A stretch of DNA of 64,000 bases from Woeseiaceae bacterium (GTDB lineage: Bacteria; Pseudomonadota; Gammaproteobacteria; Steroidobacterales; Woeseiaceae): contig JAJFKQ010000027.1 of NCBI GenBank assembly GCA_021773155.1, positions 8,820 to 72,819 of the forward strand, in the 5' to 3' direction. The first letter of the stretch is position 1. Every line of letters begins with the position of its first letter. The position numbers and the translations under genes are program-made. Of this stretch, positions 48,308 through 57,950 are shown piece after piece. Below the pieces are notes generated by a model. The model saw nothing but the letters and a program-made list of their open reading frames with translations, was not told the origin of the DNA and ran no database searches.

Positions 48308-49056
48308 TTCCCTGTCTCGATGTTAAGGATGGAGTTGTCGTAAAGGGCGTGCAATTTCGTAATCACCGCGTCGTCGGTGACATCCTTGAACTTGCCGAAC
48401 GTTATTGTCTGGAAGGTGCCGACGAACTGGTGTTTTACGACATTACCGCCAGCCCGGATGGGCGCAGTGTCGATCGAAGCTGGGTGACAGGTATTGCCGC
48501 CGTTCTCGATATACCGTTTTGCGTTGCCGGCGGCATCAAATCGGTCGCTGATGCTGAGGACGTGCTTAACAAAGGAGCAGACAAGATTTCGATTAATTCC
48601 CCTGCTCTCGCGAATCCTGAGCTCATTACGGAACTCGCGCGACGGTTCGGATCACAATGTGTTGTGATTGGCATCGATAGTCGAGAGGATCATGGTAACT
48701 ATTTCGTGTACCAGAACACCGGTGATCCGGACAAGACTTCGGCAGCCCAGCGCCTCACCCAACACTGGGTGGTTGAGGTTCAGGAGCGTGGCGCGGGAGA
48801 GATTGTGCTGAATTGTATGAATCAGGATGGCGTACGAAGCGGCTACGATACTGGACAGCTGGAAACTATGCGGTCGCTCTGCAAGGTTCCTCTGGTCGCA
48901 TCCGGTGGAGCCGGCGGGATGGCGCATTTTTTTGACGTGTTTGATGTCGCCAACGTCGACGGCGCTCTCGCGGCCAGCGTTTTCCATAGCGCCGAAATCA
49001 ATATCGGAGACCTGAAACATTTTCTTGCTGCCAAAAATGTCAGCATGCGTATTTGA
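48289..49056 (+). CDS. hisF: imidazole glycerol phosphate synthase, cyclase subunit (apparent ATT start)
   Basis: The conserved N-terminus [20 protein letters not shown] is encoded in frame upstream of the first canonical start (GTG 48349). The frame is open only from 48196 and has no ATG/GTG/TTG before 48349. ATT at 48289 sits 7 nt after GGAGG and aligns with the Met of [12 protein letters not shown]-type HisF N-termini. Confidence 0.8.
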   Translation: MPTKRIIPCLDVKDGVVVKGVQFRNHRVVGDILELAERYCLEGADELVFYDITASPDGRSVDRSWVTGIAAVLDIPFCVAGGIKSVADAEDVLNKGADKISINSPALANPELITELARRFGSQCVVIGIDSREDHGNYFVYQNTGDPDKTSAAQRLTQHWVVEVQERGAGEIVLNCMNQDGVRSGYDTGQLETMRSLCKVPLVASGGAGGMAHFFDVFDVANVDGALAASVFHSAEINIGDLKHFLAAKNVSMRI

Positions 49057-49065
49057 GGATTCAAA

Positions 49066-49365
49066 GTGAGTATTTCAGACATCGCATTTCTCGAAGATCT
49101 TGAAACGATCGTTATTGATCGATTGAAGGACCCCGCTGAAGATAGCTACACGGCTCGCCTTGCGAAAGCCGGTACGAAACGCATTGCACAGAAAGTCGGT
49201 GAAGAAGGCGTTGAGCTCGCGTTGGCAGCGGCGGTCGGTGACAAAAACGAAGTCATCGACGAAGCGGCCGACCTTCTTTACCACATGATTGTGTTATTGG
49301 CAGTGCAGAACCTGGGTCTTAAAGACGTTTGCGACCGATTGCGAACTCGCCATTCAAGCCCCTAG
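49066..49365 (+). CDS. hisE: phosphoribosyl-ATP pyrophosphatase (HisE only)
   Basis: 99 aa MazG-like PRA-PH (SYTARLAKAGTKRIAQKVGEEGVELALAA...EAADLLYHMIVLL) with no cyclohydrolase (HisI) domain. Confidence 0.8.
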   Translation: MSISDIAFLEDLETIVIDRLKDPAEDSYTARLAKAGTKRIAQKVGEEGVELALAAAVGDKNEVIDEAADLLYHMIVLLAVQNLGLKDVCDRLRTRHSSP

Positions 49366-49447
49366 TCGCTGGATTCTTCCATCGCCTTCGCGTGAGCCGG
49401 TCGTGCGGGCAGCGGTTGAACGGGTCTGTGGCACCCCCAGTACAGTT

Positions 49448-52090
49448 TCATATTACGATCTCCTCCGCAACGTCTCGTCGATTGTAATTTGAACTCATGA
49501 CGTATCCGTAGGCACCTGCGTTCGCGACCAAAATTACATCACCTTCTTTCGTTGGCGGTAACAAGCGATCACTGCCCAGACGGTCCCCGGTTTCGCAGAT
49601 GGGGCCAACAACTGTTGCAGTCTCACTGGGTGCCTGATCAGCTCGCGAAAGATTGACGATCTCGTGATAGGAACCGTATAACGCTGGTCGTATCAGAGAA
49701 TTCATTCCCGTACCAACACCGATGTAACGCATCTCTCCTTTACCTTTGGTCTGGGTACAGCGGGTCAGCAACACACCCGCTCTGGCAACGAGATAGCGAC
49801 CGGGCTCAAGCCACAAGTCAAATTGCGGATAAGCCTCGCGTATTTCCGCCAAAGTCTCATCCAATCTGTCGAGATCGAAAGCCTTGTCACCGGGTTTCTC
49901 AGGTACACCAAGACCGCCGCCAAGATCGATTACTTTTACCCCTGGAAACCGTTCTGCGATTAGCACCAATTCACCGGCGACACTTCGCCAGTTCTCGGGA
50001 TCGAGAATGCCACTGCCACTGTGCGCATGTATGCCGACAACCTCGGCACCCGCCGCGTCAACAAGCTGTGATAGTTCGTCGATTTCAAAGCGCGGCACGC
50101 CGAATTTCGAGTGGACGCCCGCCGTCTTCACATGCTCGTGATGACCGCGACCCTGCCCCGGGTCAATGCGAATGAACAGTTGCTTGCCCTCAAAAAGCTC
50201 CGGCCAGGCTTGCAGCGGGTATAGATTATCAAGTGTAAGTTGCAGGCCTTTCTCAATCGCCCACGCATATTCGTCCCGCGGCGCGAAATTGGGCGTAAAA
50301 AGAACCCGCTCAATATCGAGACCTGGAACAGACTGCTCGAGCCACTCAACTTCACCCGGTGAGACGCACTCAAAGTCGACACCAGCCGCGGCCAGAGTTT
50401 GCAACAGATCAACATTGAAGTTCGCCTTGACAGCGTAGAGTATGCGATCAATATTTTTCAAGCCAAGTAGATCGCTGGCTGCCTCGGCGACACTGTCACG
50501 ATCATAAACATAAGCGTTCAATTGCTTATCGGCCAGCTGCAGCAATTGTTCGCGTTTCTTCATCCACCAAGCGTTCGGTGCCCGTGTGGCCGGTTCATCA
50601 CCTGCGAAAAGACGTTCCCAGCTATCGCCAAATACATTCGTTGCGCCTTTCTTACGAATGATAATCGCGTGCAGCTTGCCAACCAGTCGCGGCCCTTGCT
50701 GCTTGTCAATGACAAAGCTGAGATTAAGATCGTTGGCGGCCTGCGACATCAGGTGAATCCGTTCTTCCTCGAAGACCTCAAGCGCAGGCGCCAGACGTGG
50801 GATGATGGTTCGTATCTTACGGCCAACCAGGCTGACTGCGGAGCAATTCGAAATCACTCTGACCTGGCAAAGTTTCTCGAGATCATCAACCAGTGACTCT
50901 TCGACATCGTCTGACAGCATGCCATCTGAGGTATCGATAGAAACTGTCACATTGGTTTCAGATGTTGAAACGAGATCTACAGATACTCCATTCTCGCTGA
51001 AAGCTGTGAACACCTTTGCAAGAAACCCTACTTCGTGCCACATACCGACACCGTCCATCGAGATCAAGGTCAACCCATCGCGGATACATATCCCCTTGAC
51101 CTGTGGTTCAATTTCTTCGGTAACTGACGAAATTACGGTTCCGCCAATTTGCGGCGCGGCTGTACTTCGAACAAAGAGCGGAATTTTGGACTCGCGAACT
51201 GGCGCAATACACCTTGGGTGCAAGACAGCGCTTCCTGCCGACGCAAGTTCCTGTGCCTCATCGTAGTGAAGAGCCACCAACAGTCTCGCTGACGGAACGA
51301 CACGCGGGTCTGCGGAAAACATCCCGGGTACATCGGTCCAGATTTCCAACCGACGCGCTTGCAGCTTCGCAGCAAAATACGACGCCGACGTATCAGACCC
51401 GCCCCGTCCCAGTAATACGGTCTCACCGTTCTTGTTCCTGGCGATGAATCCTTGCGTGAGAACTATCTTGCCTTCGCTAGCAAGCATTGACTGCAACCCG
51501 GCATCCGGCGTGAACTCGCAGGTCGCCGACAGGTAGGAATTCGCTGTTTGTCGGGTACTTTGCGATCGACTCGTCAAAAGCTCACGAGCATCAATCCACT
51601 GCACTGGAAGTGACTGGGCTTCAAGGTATGCGGCACCCAGGCGCGTTGCCATCAACTCACCAAGCGCCATTATTCGAACTCGAACCCGAACACTTACTTC
51701 CCGCACCAGGCGGACTCCAGCAACCAGTTGTTCCAGTTCCTGCAACGTCTCATCGAGCATTTCGGGTCCATCCAGCCCCAATGCCTCCGCAAGCGCATAG
51801 TGCTGCTCACGTATCCCACTGAGTGTATCTACTGGGTCGTCAGTAACTGCTGACTGCAATACTGCTGTCAGTGCATCGGATACGCCCTGAAGGGCAGATT
51901 GCACAACAACCGGGCGTAATCCCTGTTTCAGGCGTCGCCGCAAAAGCTCAGCTATCGTTGCCCAGTTCTCTGCCGAAGATACGCTGGTGCCGCCGAATTT
52001 CATTACTATCCATGTTGATTTTCCGATAGCTTCCGGCGCGCCTAGTAGCTCACTATCCTCAAAATCTGCTTCTGCAATCGTCGAACTCAT
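49448..52090 (-). CDS. bifunctional aspartate kinase / diaminopimelate decarboxylase
   Basis: N-terminal aspartokinase (VMKFGGTSV, ACT region) fused to a C-terminal Orn/DAP/Arg decarboxylase family 2 domain (YAVKANFN PLP-Lys, GGGLGV, EPGRYLVA, CETGD). Confidence 0.85.
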   Translation of the reverse strand: MSSTIAEADFEDSELLGAPEAIGKSTWIVMKFGGTSVSSAENWATIAELLRRRLKQGLRPVVVQSALQGVSDALTAVLQSAVTDDPVDTLSGIREQHYALAEALGLDGPEMLDETLQELEQLVAGVRLVREVSVRVRVRIMALGELMATRLGAAYLEAQSLPVQWIDARELLTSRSQSTRQTANSYLSATCEFTPDAGLQSMLASEGKIVLTQGFIARNKNGETVLLGRGGSDTSASYFAAKLQARRLEIWTDVPGMFSADPRVVPSARLLVALHYDEAQELASAGSAVLHPRCIAPVRESKIPLFVRSTAAPQIGGTVISSVTEEIEPQVKGICIRDGLTLISMDGVGMWHEVGFLAKVFTAFSENGVSVDLVSTSETNVTVSIDTSDGMLSDDVEESLVDDLEKLCQVRVISNCSAVSLVGRKIRTIIPRLAPALEVFEEERIHLMSQAANDLNLSFVIDKQQGPRLVGKLHAIIIRKKGATNVFGDSWERLFAGDEPATRAPNAWWMKKREQLLQLADKQLNAYVYDRDSVAEAASDLLGLKNIDRILYAVKANFNVDLLQTLAAAGVDFECVSPGEVEWLEQSVPGLDIERVLFTPNFAPRDEYAWAIEKGLQLTLDNLYPLQAWPELFEGKQLFIRIDPGQGRGHHEHVKTAGVHSKFGVPRFEIDELSQLVDAAGAEVVGIHAHSGSGILDPENWRSVAGELVLIAERFPGVKVIDLGGGLGVPEKPGDKAFDLDRLDETLAEIREAYPQFDLWLEPGRYLVARAGVLLTRCTQTKGKGEMRYIGVGTGMNSLIRPALYGSYHEIVNLSRADQAPSETATVVGPICETGDRLGSDRLLPPTKEGDVILVANAGAYGYVMSSNYNRRDVAEEIVI

Positions 52091-52111
52091 TTACCTGCTC
52101 ATAATCGTGGC

Positions 52112-52145
52112 AAAAAAAAAACCCGCTAGGCGGACCTGGCGGGTT
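52112..52145 (-). terminator. intrinsic terminator inside the leader of the aspartokinase/DAP-decarboxylase gene
   Basis: On the minus strand, an aacccgccagg-tccg-cctagcgggtt stem (11 bp, one mismatch) followed by T10, ending about 20 nt before the start codon. Confidence 0.7.
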
Positions 52146-52296
52146 GCTGACAATGTCCGAACTTTATTATTTAGCCGGTACAGTTGCCATTCGCACCCAC
52201 GTACCTCTGGCGCGCCATGGTTTTTGTGTGTTTTATCGCAACGAGATCATCGATACGCTGGCACAATTCGTGGGTGTCGTAAAAAATCATCGTAGG

Positions 52297-52325
52297 AGTA
52301 GAGCTGACATCACCGCAAAGGTCAA
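52297..52325 (-). promoter_or_regulatory. candidate sigma70 promoter for the lysAC-fusion leader
   Basis: On the minus strand, TTGACC (52325-52320), 17-nt spacer, TCTACT (52302-52297), just downstream of the ilvD stop. Confidence 0.3.
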
Positions 52326-52347
52326 GTACGGCATCTGAAAGAACCCG

Positions 52348-54036
52348 CTACTCATCCCAGGCTGGTGGAATCGTGACAGCGCCTTCCGACGCTGAAGACA
52401 CAGCGCTGCGGTACTTTGCGAGTGCTCCACGCGTTACAGGCGATACTGGACGCCGCCAGCGCCCACGCCTCTCGGCCATTACCTCATCACTGACATCAAC
52501 GCTGATTTCCTTGTTTTCGGCGTCAATTCGGAGTGTGTCTCCATCTTCTACCAGGGCAATTGGCCCACCAACTGCGGCCTCGGGCGTCACGTGGCCGACG
52601 ACGAAACCATGACTACCGCCCGAAAACCGGCCATCCGTTACGAGAGCAACATCCTTGCCCAGACCTTTACCCATAATGGCACCGGTAGGGCTTAACATTT
52701 CCCGCATTCCGGGCGCGCCCTTAGGGCCTTCATAACGGATAACAATGACGTCGCCCGCCTTGATAGCGTCATCGAGTATTGCCTGCAGCGCTTCCTCCTC
52801 GGAGTGAAACACACGGGCCGTGCCCTCAAAGTGCAACCCTTCCTTGCCCGTAATTTTCGCAACCGCTCCCTCTGGCGCGAGATTGCCGTACAGGATAGCG
52901 AGATGGCTATCCGCTTTGATCGGGTTATCGAAATCCCTGACAATGTCCTGTCCTTGTGGATAATCCGCAACCCCCGCGAGATTCTCCGCCAGCGACTTTC
53001 CAGAGACAGTCATACAATCACCATGCAACATGCCTTTGTCCAGCATGCGTTTCATCAGCGGCTGAATACCACCGATCTCGATAAGCTCAGACATAAGATA
53101 CTTGCCGCTGGGTTTAACATCGGCCAAAACCGGCGTTCTCGCACCGATACGCGTGAAGTCATCCAAAGACAACTCGACTTCAGCCTCGCGAGCAATCGCC
53201 AGAAGGTGCAGTACCGCGTTCGTCGAACCTCCTAACGCGATGACGACTGCGATCGCATTTTCGAACGCCGCCCTCGTCATGATGTCGAGCGGCTTGATGT
53301 CCTCGCGAATCAGATGCATCACCGCTTCGCCGGCGCGATGGCAGTCGGCTACTTTATCGCTGGAGACCGCTTCCTGAGCAGAGCTGTTCGCCAGACTCAT
53401 ACCCAATGCCTCGATTGCCGACGCCATGGTATTCGCTGTATACATACCGCCACAGGCTCCCGGCCCCGGTATGGCTGTCTGTTCGATATCGAGTAGTTCG
53501 GCGTCGGATATCTTGCCGCCCGATTTGGCACCCACTGCCTCAAACACCGAGACGATGTCACGACGTTTAATTCCCGGCCGTATGGTTCCGCCATAGACAA
53601 AAACTGCTGGTCTGTTCAGTCGCGCCATCGCCATTACGCATGCAGGCATGTTCTTGTCGCAACCACCGATCGCTACAAGACCATCGAAACCTTCAGCGCC
53701 GGTAACAGCCTCGATAGAGTCAGCGATAATTTCTCGGGAGACAAGCGAGTAACGCATGCCGGGTGTGCCCATCGAGATGCCATCCGACACGCTGATCGTG
53801 TTGAATATGACGCCCTTGCCGCCGGCATCATTGGCACCTTTTGCAGCTTCTTCTGCGAGGCCACCGATGTGCATATTGCACGGCGTTACCATGCTCCAGG
53901 TTGATGCGATTCCGATTTGTGGACGTTGAAAATCGTCTTCTTCAAATCCTACTGCACGCAACATAGCGCGGCTGGGTGCTTGCTCATCGCCATCAACAAC
54001 AACGCGTGAGTAGCGTCGCAGCTCTTTCTCAGTCAT
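52348..54036 (-). CDS. ilvD: dihydroxy-acid dehydratase
   Basis: IlvD/Edd family motifs ([21 protein letters not shown]). ATG at 54036 ([11 protein letters not shown]...) fits short-type IlvD N-termini; the listed start is a TTG 39 nt upstream. Confidence 0.9.
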   Translation of the reverse strand: MTEKELRRYSRVVVDGDEQAPSRAMLRAVGFEEDDFQRPQIGIASTWSMVTPCNMHIGGLAEEAAKGANDAGGKGVIFNTISVSDGISMGTPGMRYSLVSREIIADSIEAVTGAEGFDGLVAIGGCDKNMPACVMAMARLNRPAVFVYGGTIRPGIKRRDIVSVFEAVGAKSGGKISDAELLDIEQTAIPGPGACGGMYTANTMASAIEALGMSLANSSAQEAVSSDKVADCHRAGEAVMHLIREDIKPLDIMTRAAFENAIAVVIALGGSTNAVLHLLAIAREAEVELSLDDFTRIGARTPVLADVKPSGKYLMSELIEIGGIQPLMKRMLDKGMLHGDCMTVSGKSLAENLAGVADYPQGQDIVRDFDNPIKADSHLAILYGNLAPEGAVAKITGKEGLHFEGTARVFHSEEEALQAILDDAIKAGDVIVIRYEGPKGAPGMREMLSPTGAIMGKGLGKDVALVTDGRFSGGSHGFVVGHVTPEAAVGGPIALVEDGDTLRIDAENKEISVDVSDEVMAERRGRWRRPVSPVTRGALAKYRSAVSSASEGAVTIPPAWDE

Positions 54037-54101
54037 GGTTTCGCTGTCGCTCCGTCTTTGCTCTGCCTGATGCAAGGCCTGCGCGGCAGTCTAGCAGCAA
54101 A

Positions 54102-56528
54102 TTAGCGGGATTGCGGTTCGTCGTCGCGGATCGTTACTATGATGCGCCGATTGACATCGATTGCTCTGGTGGCCGGGTTACGAACGAGTTCAACGACGAA
54201 TGTTTCGTCACCCTCCACAACCGCATCATGAACCAGCGGTACCAGTAACCGAGCTGATCGCTGCCCCGGTCCAAAGGTTACGGAGTGCCCACCCGGCGCG
54301 AAATAATCTTCACCCTCCGTCGCTGTGAGATCCCTCACGGCGTACTCAATGACGAGCGGTGAATTGTCGGGGTTGAAACGTACCAGATCGATCTGCACAG
54401 CCGGGTCGGTTTCACGTATTGCTGTCTGATTCGCCCCGAAGGCAATGGTGTTTGTCGGTAAGCGAGACTCGAAGTTTCGCTGATCATCATCTTCCAGCGT
54501 AACGTTGACAATGGCCAGTTCGGAATCTGGAAATTCAGCCTCGCGCAGACGCAGCGTCGTGTGCTGATCTGCTTCTCGCAGTGGATCGGACGCGATAGTC
54601 AATCTCACGCGACCACGAGCCTGCCCTGCCGGAAAATGTATCAGTCCCGAATTGGACAGCGCGAATTGCCCGGCAGCCCAGGGTGAACGATTCCCACTGA
54701 ATCCAACTTCCTCCAGACGCAAGTTCATCGGCGTTGCAAGGTTACTCCCCCGCACGAAATCAATGATCGCATCCGGGCCGTCTTCCCGAATGGCGATGTT
54801 TACAGGCTTGCTCGTGCCGCCGCCGGGACTAAAAGGAATAATCTCTGTCGCTGGTGGCAAGGTTGAAAAATCAACCAACATCGAATCGGGCCCTACAGCC
54901 GGAGCTTCTTCCATTATTGGCTCACCAACAATTTCGGCTTCGACAAATTCTTCAACAACGGTGGGCGCTGCTTCCTCGCTTGGGGCAGCTTCCGTCACCG
55001 CGCTCAATTCCAGCTCCGGTTCCGAATCTCGTTCGGGTTCCGCCACTGGAGCCGCAATTTCCGGTGTCTGGATCGTCGGTGTACGATCTTCGACGTTCAA
55101 GGGAGCTCGAGTTTCCTCTCTGGTAAATTTTTCAAGCAGCGGATCGAGATAACCGAATTGATAGCCCGCCGCCGCCAAACAGGCGATAAGCAACAGCGCG
55201 ATAAGCCACTTGCTAATGCCGGGTTCATCTTCGATATCCGCAAAGCGATCAGGCTCCTCAACTCGAAATGGTTCGTCTCGATCTTCATCCAATGCATCTA
55301 CAAACTCGCGAACAGTGCTGAAACGCATCACACGAGAATATGCCAGTGCCTTTTTCAATGCTTTCCATTGACTGTCGTTTAGTCCCTTGAGGCGCTGCGG
55401 CTTCATGCGTTCCTGCGATGCTTCTGCAGCGTTCCGCGGTCCGAAGACCCGGTATCCGGCGATCAAGCGGTATAACAGGCAACCCAATGAAAATACGTCG
55501 TCAGCGGCTACGGGCTCTTCACTCGTCAGGACCTGCATACTCGAATACGCGGGCGTCAGTGCGCCCAACACACCTGGATCGAATTCTGTAACGGCATGCT
55601 GTTGCCGTACGCGAGCCACCCCGAAGTCGAATAGCTTGGCATCACCATTGGGCATGATCATGATGTTGCCCGGCTTGATGTCCGCGTGAACGATGCCACG
55701 GCTGTGCGCATAGTCGAGAGCATCGCCGATTTGACGAACAATACGAAAAGCGGCTGCGTTATCGATAACAGAAGCGTCTTTGGAATCCAGAATATCAGCC
55801 AGCGTTCGGCCTTCCAGCCACTCCATTATCAGAAAATAAAGATCGTCGTCCCGATCAAGATCGATAAAACGGACAATATTGGGGTGGACCAGGCAACGTC
55901 CCTTGGCCGCCTCCTGCTGCAGTGCCCGCAATGCCTGACCGTTTTCGGCCAGTTGTGGCGACAAGACTTTGATTGCGACCCAGTGGTCCTTGCTGCCAGC
56001 TTCGGCTAGCCGCCGATCCATGGCTTTATACACAACACCCATGCTGCCGCCGGAAATTTTTTCCTGCAGCAGGAATCGATCGCGCAGCAAGGATCCTACC
56101 TGCACTCTGGCATCTGCAGATTTGTCGAGAACAAATTCGGTTGGAATAACGGTTGTCGCTTCAAACGCATCATCTGCCGCCGGCTCAGTAGCATCAGGTA
56201 GCGGGTTGATCGGGGGTAGCTTGCGGCCCGACACGGGAACCCGCTCCTCTTGAGTCGGACTGGTTGCGATGTTCTCGGTCACGTAGCGATCCAACATGGA
56301 TTTAACGAGCTGGAACGTTTCCTTGCGTAAAGCCCCGGCTTCGTAACGCTCCTGCAGTACCCTTCGAATCTGGGCTTCACTACTTCCCGTGGTCGCGAGT
56401 AATCGACCGATTCCCTCCTGGATATCGGCAAGCATGTCCACATCATCGGCTATGGCTTTGAGCCTATCGTCAAAGCCAGCCAGTTGATCAGCAAAGGTGT
56501 CGCGCACGTTTTCGGATTCTGCAATCAT
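54102..56528 (-). CDS. transmembrane Hanks-type Ser/Thr protein kinase with extracytoplasmic Calx-beta-like repeats
   Basis: Kinase core SGGSMGVVYKA / VAIKVL / HADIKPGN / LFDFGVAR, a single TM (WLIALLLIACLAAAGY), an acidic linker, and two C-terminal Calx-beta-like repeats (TATEGEDY, VVEGDETFVVEL). Confidence 0.8.
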   Translation of the reverse strand: MIAESENVRDTFADQLAGFDDRLKAIADDVDMLADIQEGIGRLLATTGSSEAQIRRVLQERYEAGALRKETFQLVKSMLDRYVTENIATSPTQEERVPVSGRKLPPINPLPDATEPAADDAFEATTVIPTEFVLDKSADARVQVGSLLRDRFLLQEKISGGSMGVVYKAMDRRLAEAGSKDHWVAIKVLSPQLAENGQALRALQQEAAKGRCLVHPNIVRFIDLDRDDDLYFLIMEWLEGRTLADILDSKDASVIDNAAAFRIVRQIGDALDYAHSRGIVHADIKPGNIMIMPNGDAKLFDFGVARVRQQHAVTEFDPGVLGALTPAYSSMQVLTSEEPVAADDVFSLGCLLYRLIAGYRVFGPRNAAEASQERMKPQRLKGLNDSQWKALKKALAYSRVMRFSTVREFVDALDEDRDEPFRVEEPDRFADIEDEPGISKWLIALLLIACLAAAGYQFGYLDPLLEKFTREETRAPLNVEDRTPTIQTPEIAAPVAEPERDSEPELELSAVTEAAPSEEAAPTVVEEFVEAEIVGEPIMEEAPAVGPDSMLVDFSTLPPATEIIPFSPGGGTSKPVNIAIREDGPDAIIDFVRGSNLATPMNLRLEEVGFSGNRSPWAAGQFALSNSGLIHFPAGQARGRVRLTIASDPLREADQHTTLRLREAEFPDSELAIVNVTLEDDDQRNFESRLPTNTIAFGANQTAIRETDPAVQIDLVRFNPDNSPLVIEYAVRDLTATEGEDYFAPGGHSVTFGPGQRSARLLVPLVHDAVVEGDETFVVELVRNPATRAIDVNRRIIVTIRDDEPQSR

Positions 56529-56579
56529 AGTTCATTTGACATTTTATAGTCAGAACTCGCTCGGAATCGGAACTGGTCG

Positions 56580-57950
56580 TCAGATTACCTTGCCCGGATT
56601 GAGAATATTCTTGGGATCCAGAGCGCGCTTCAAGGTCCGCATGAGCGCAATTTCGCCCTCATTCCGGTATATAGGCAAATATTGTCGTTTCAGGAAGCCT
56701 ACGCCATGTTCGGCACTGAAGCTGCCTCCTAACTCATCCACAAGGTCATATAACGCCCTCGTAACGCGTGCTCCGTCTTCTGAACCGTCAGGCAGCGCCA
56801 CGTTGTAGTGCAAGTTACCGTCGCCAACGTGACCAAATGCCACCAGCTGCGCGTCGGGCACCAGGTCGGATAGCAACGATTCTCCGCGCTGCAAGAATTC
56901 TTCCATACGAGATAACGGTACTGAAACATCGTGTTTTTGTGCTTTGCGCTCAGACCGCTCAGCCTCGGCAATTGAATGTCTCATACGCCAAAGTCGATCG
57001 GCTTCTGCCGAATTCTTGGCAATAACTGCATCGGAAAGCAGGCCCTCTTCTGCCGCTCCCATCAATGCGCTTTCAAGGCGTTCTTCATCGCCACCGATTG
57101 CAACATCCAGTAACGCGTACCAAGGGGCTTGTTGATCAAATGGCAGCGCCGAATCCGGGATGTGTTTGGCGACCAGCCCGAAGACATAACTCGACACCAG
57201 CTCGAACGCCTCAATGGCATCAGCGAGTTCCGTCCTTAAGTACGCCAGCAATCCAACAGCATCACCGGGTGACTCTATCGCCACCAGTGCAGTGCTGATC
57301 ACACCAGGCAGTGGATTGAGCTTCAGCGTCGCAGCGGTAATGATACCCAGCGTTCCCTCACTGCCGATGAAAAGTTGCTTCAGATCATAGCCTGCCGTGT
57401 CTTTTCGCAGCGACCGCAGACTGCTCACAATCGTTCCATCGGCCATCACGGCCTCCAGGCCAAGTACCTGGGCGCGCGCGGTACCGTAACGAACTACATT
57501 GATGCCACCGGCATTGGTTGATAAATTTCCACCAATCTGGCAGCTGCCCTCTGCGCTAAGACTCAATGCAAAATGCCGGTCAACGGCAGTCGCAGCGTTC
57601 TGGATATTTTCGAGAATGCAACCAGCCTCAACCTCCATTGAGAAATTCACCGCATCGACGCTTCTAATTGCGTTCATACGAGCTAACGACAAAATGACCT
57701 GTGTGCCCGACGCATCCGGAACTGCCCCGGCGCACATGCCCGTGTTGCCGCCTTGCGGAACAATCGCAACATTGGCATCGGCGCATGTCCGAATCACTGC
57801 AGCAACCTCTGCCGTGTTCGCAGGAGATATGACGATCGGCGTCGCACCGTGTACAGCCCCGCGCCAGTCCGTCAATCGCGGTTCCAGGTCATCCGGGTCC
57901 GTCGTCCAGCCCTTCGGCCCCACTATGTCCTTTAGTTGCTCAATCAGCAT
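56580..57950 (-). CDS. FAD-linked oxidase (GlcD / D-2-hydroxyacid dehydrogenase family)
   Basis: PCMH-type FAD-binding domain (VPQGGNTGMCAGA) and C-terminal FAD-oxidase domain (SAEHGVGFLKRQY). Confidence 0.8.
   Translation of the reverse strand: MLIEQLKDIVGPKGWTTDPDDLEPRLTDWRGAVHGATPIVISPANTAEVAAVIRTCADANVAIVPQGGNTGMCAGAVPDASGTQVILSLARMNAIRSVDAVNFSMEVEAGCILENIQNAATAVDRHFALSLSAEGSCQIGGNLSTNAGGINVVRYGTARAQVLGLEAVMADGTIVSSLRSLRKDTAGYDLKQLFIGSEGTLGIITAATLKLNPLPGVISTALVAIESPGDAVGLLAYLRTELADAIEAFELVSSYVFGLVAKHIPDSALPFDQQAPWYALLDVAIGGDEERLESALMGAAEEGLLSDAVIAKNSAEADRLWRMRHSIAEAERSERKAQKHDVSVPLSRMEEFLQRGESLLSDLVPDAQLVAFGHVGDGNLHYNVALPDGSEDGARVTRALYDLVDELGGSFSAEHGVGFLKRQYLPIYRNEGEIALMRTLKRALDPKNILNPGKVI

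Noticed and set aside
48196-48349. Programmed -1 frameshift fusing HisA to HisF
   Set aside because: hisF is in the -1 frame relative to hisA, but there is no X XXY YYZ slippery heptamer near the junction. A well-spaced GGAGG precedes the ATT codon, so independent initiation is the simpler explanation.
52091-52347. Lysine riboswitch (L-box) upstream of the aspartokinase/DAP-decarboxylase gene
   Set aside because: This was the expected element on functional grounds. Only two short look-alike fragments (AGAGGTAC, ATTGTCAG) about 60 nt apart are present. The conserved GGGG..TCGCCGAAG core and five-helix layout are not visible, so I report only an unclassified leader.
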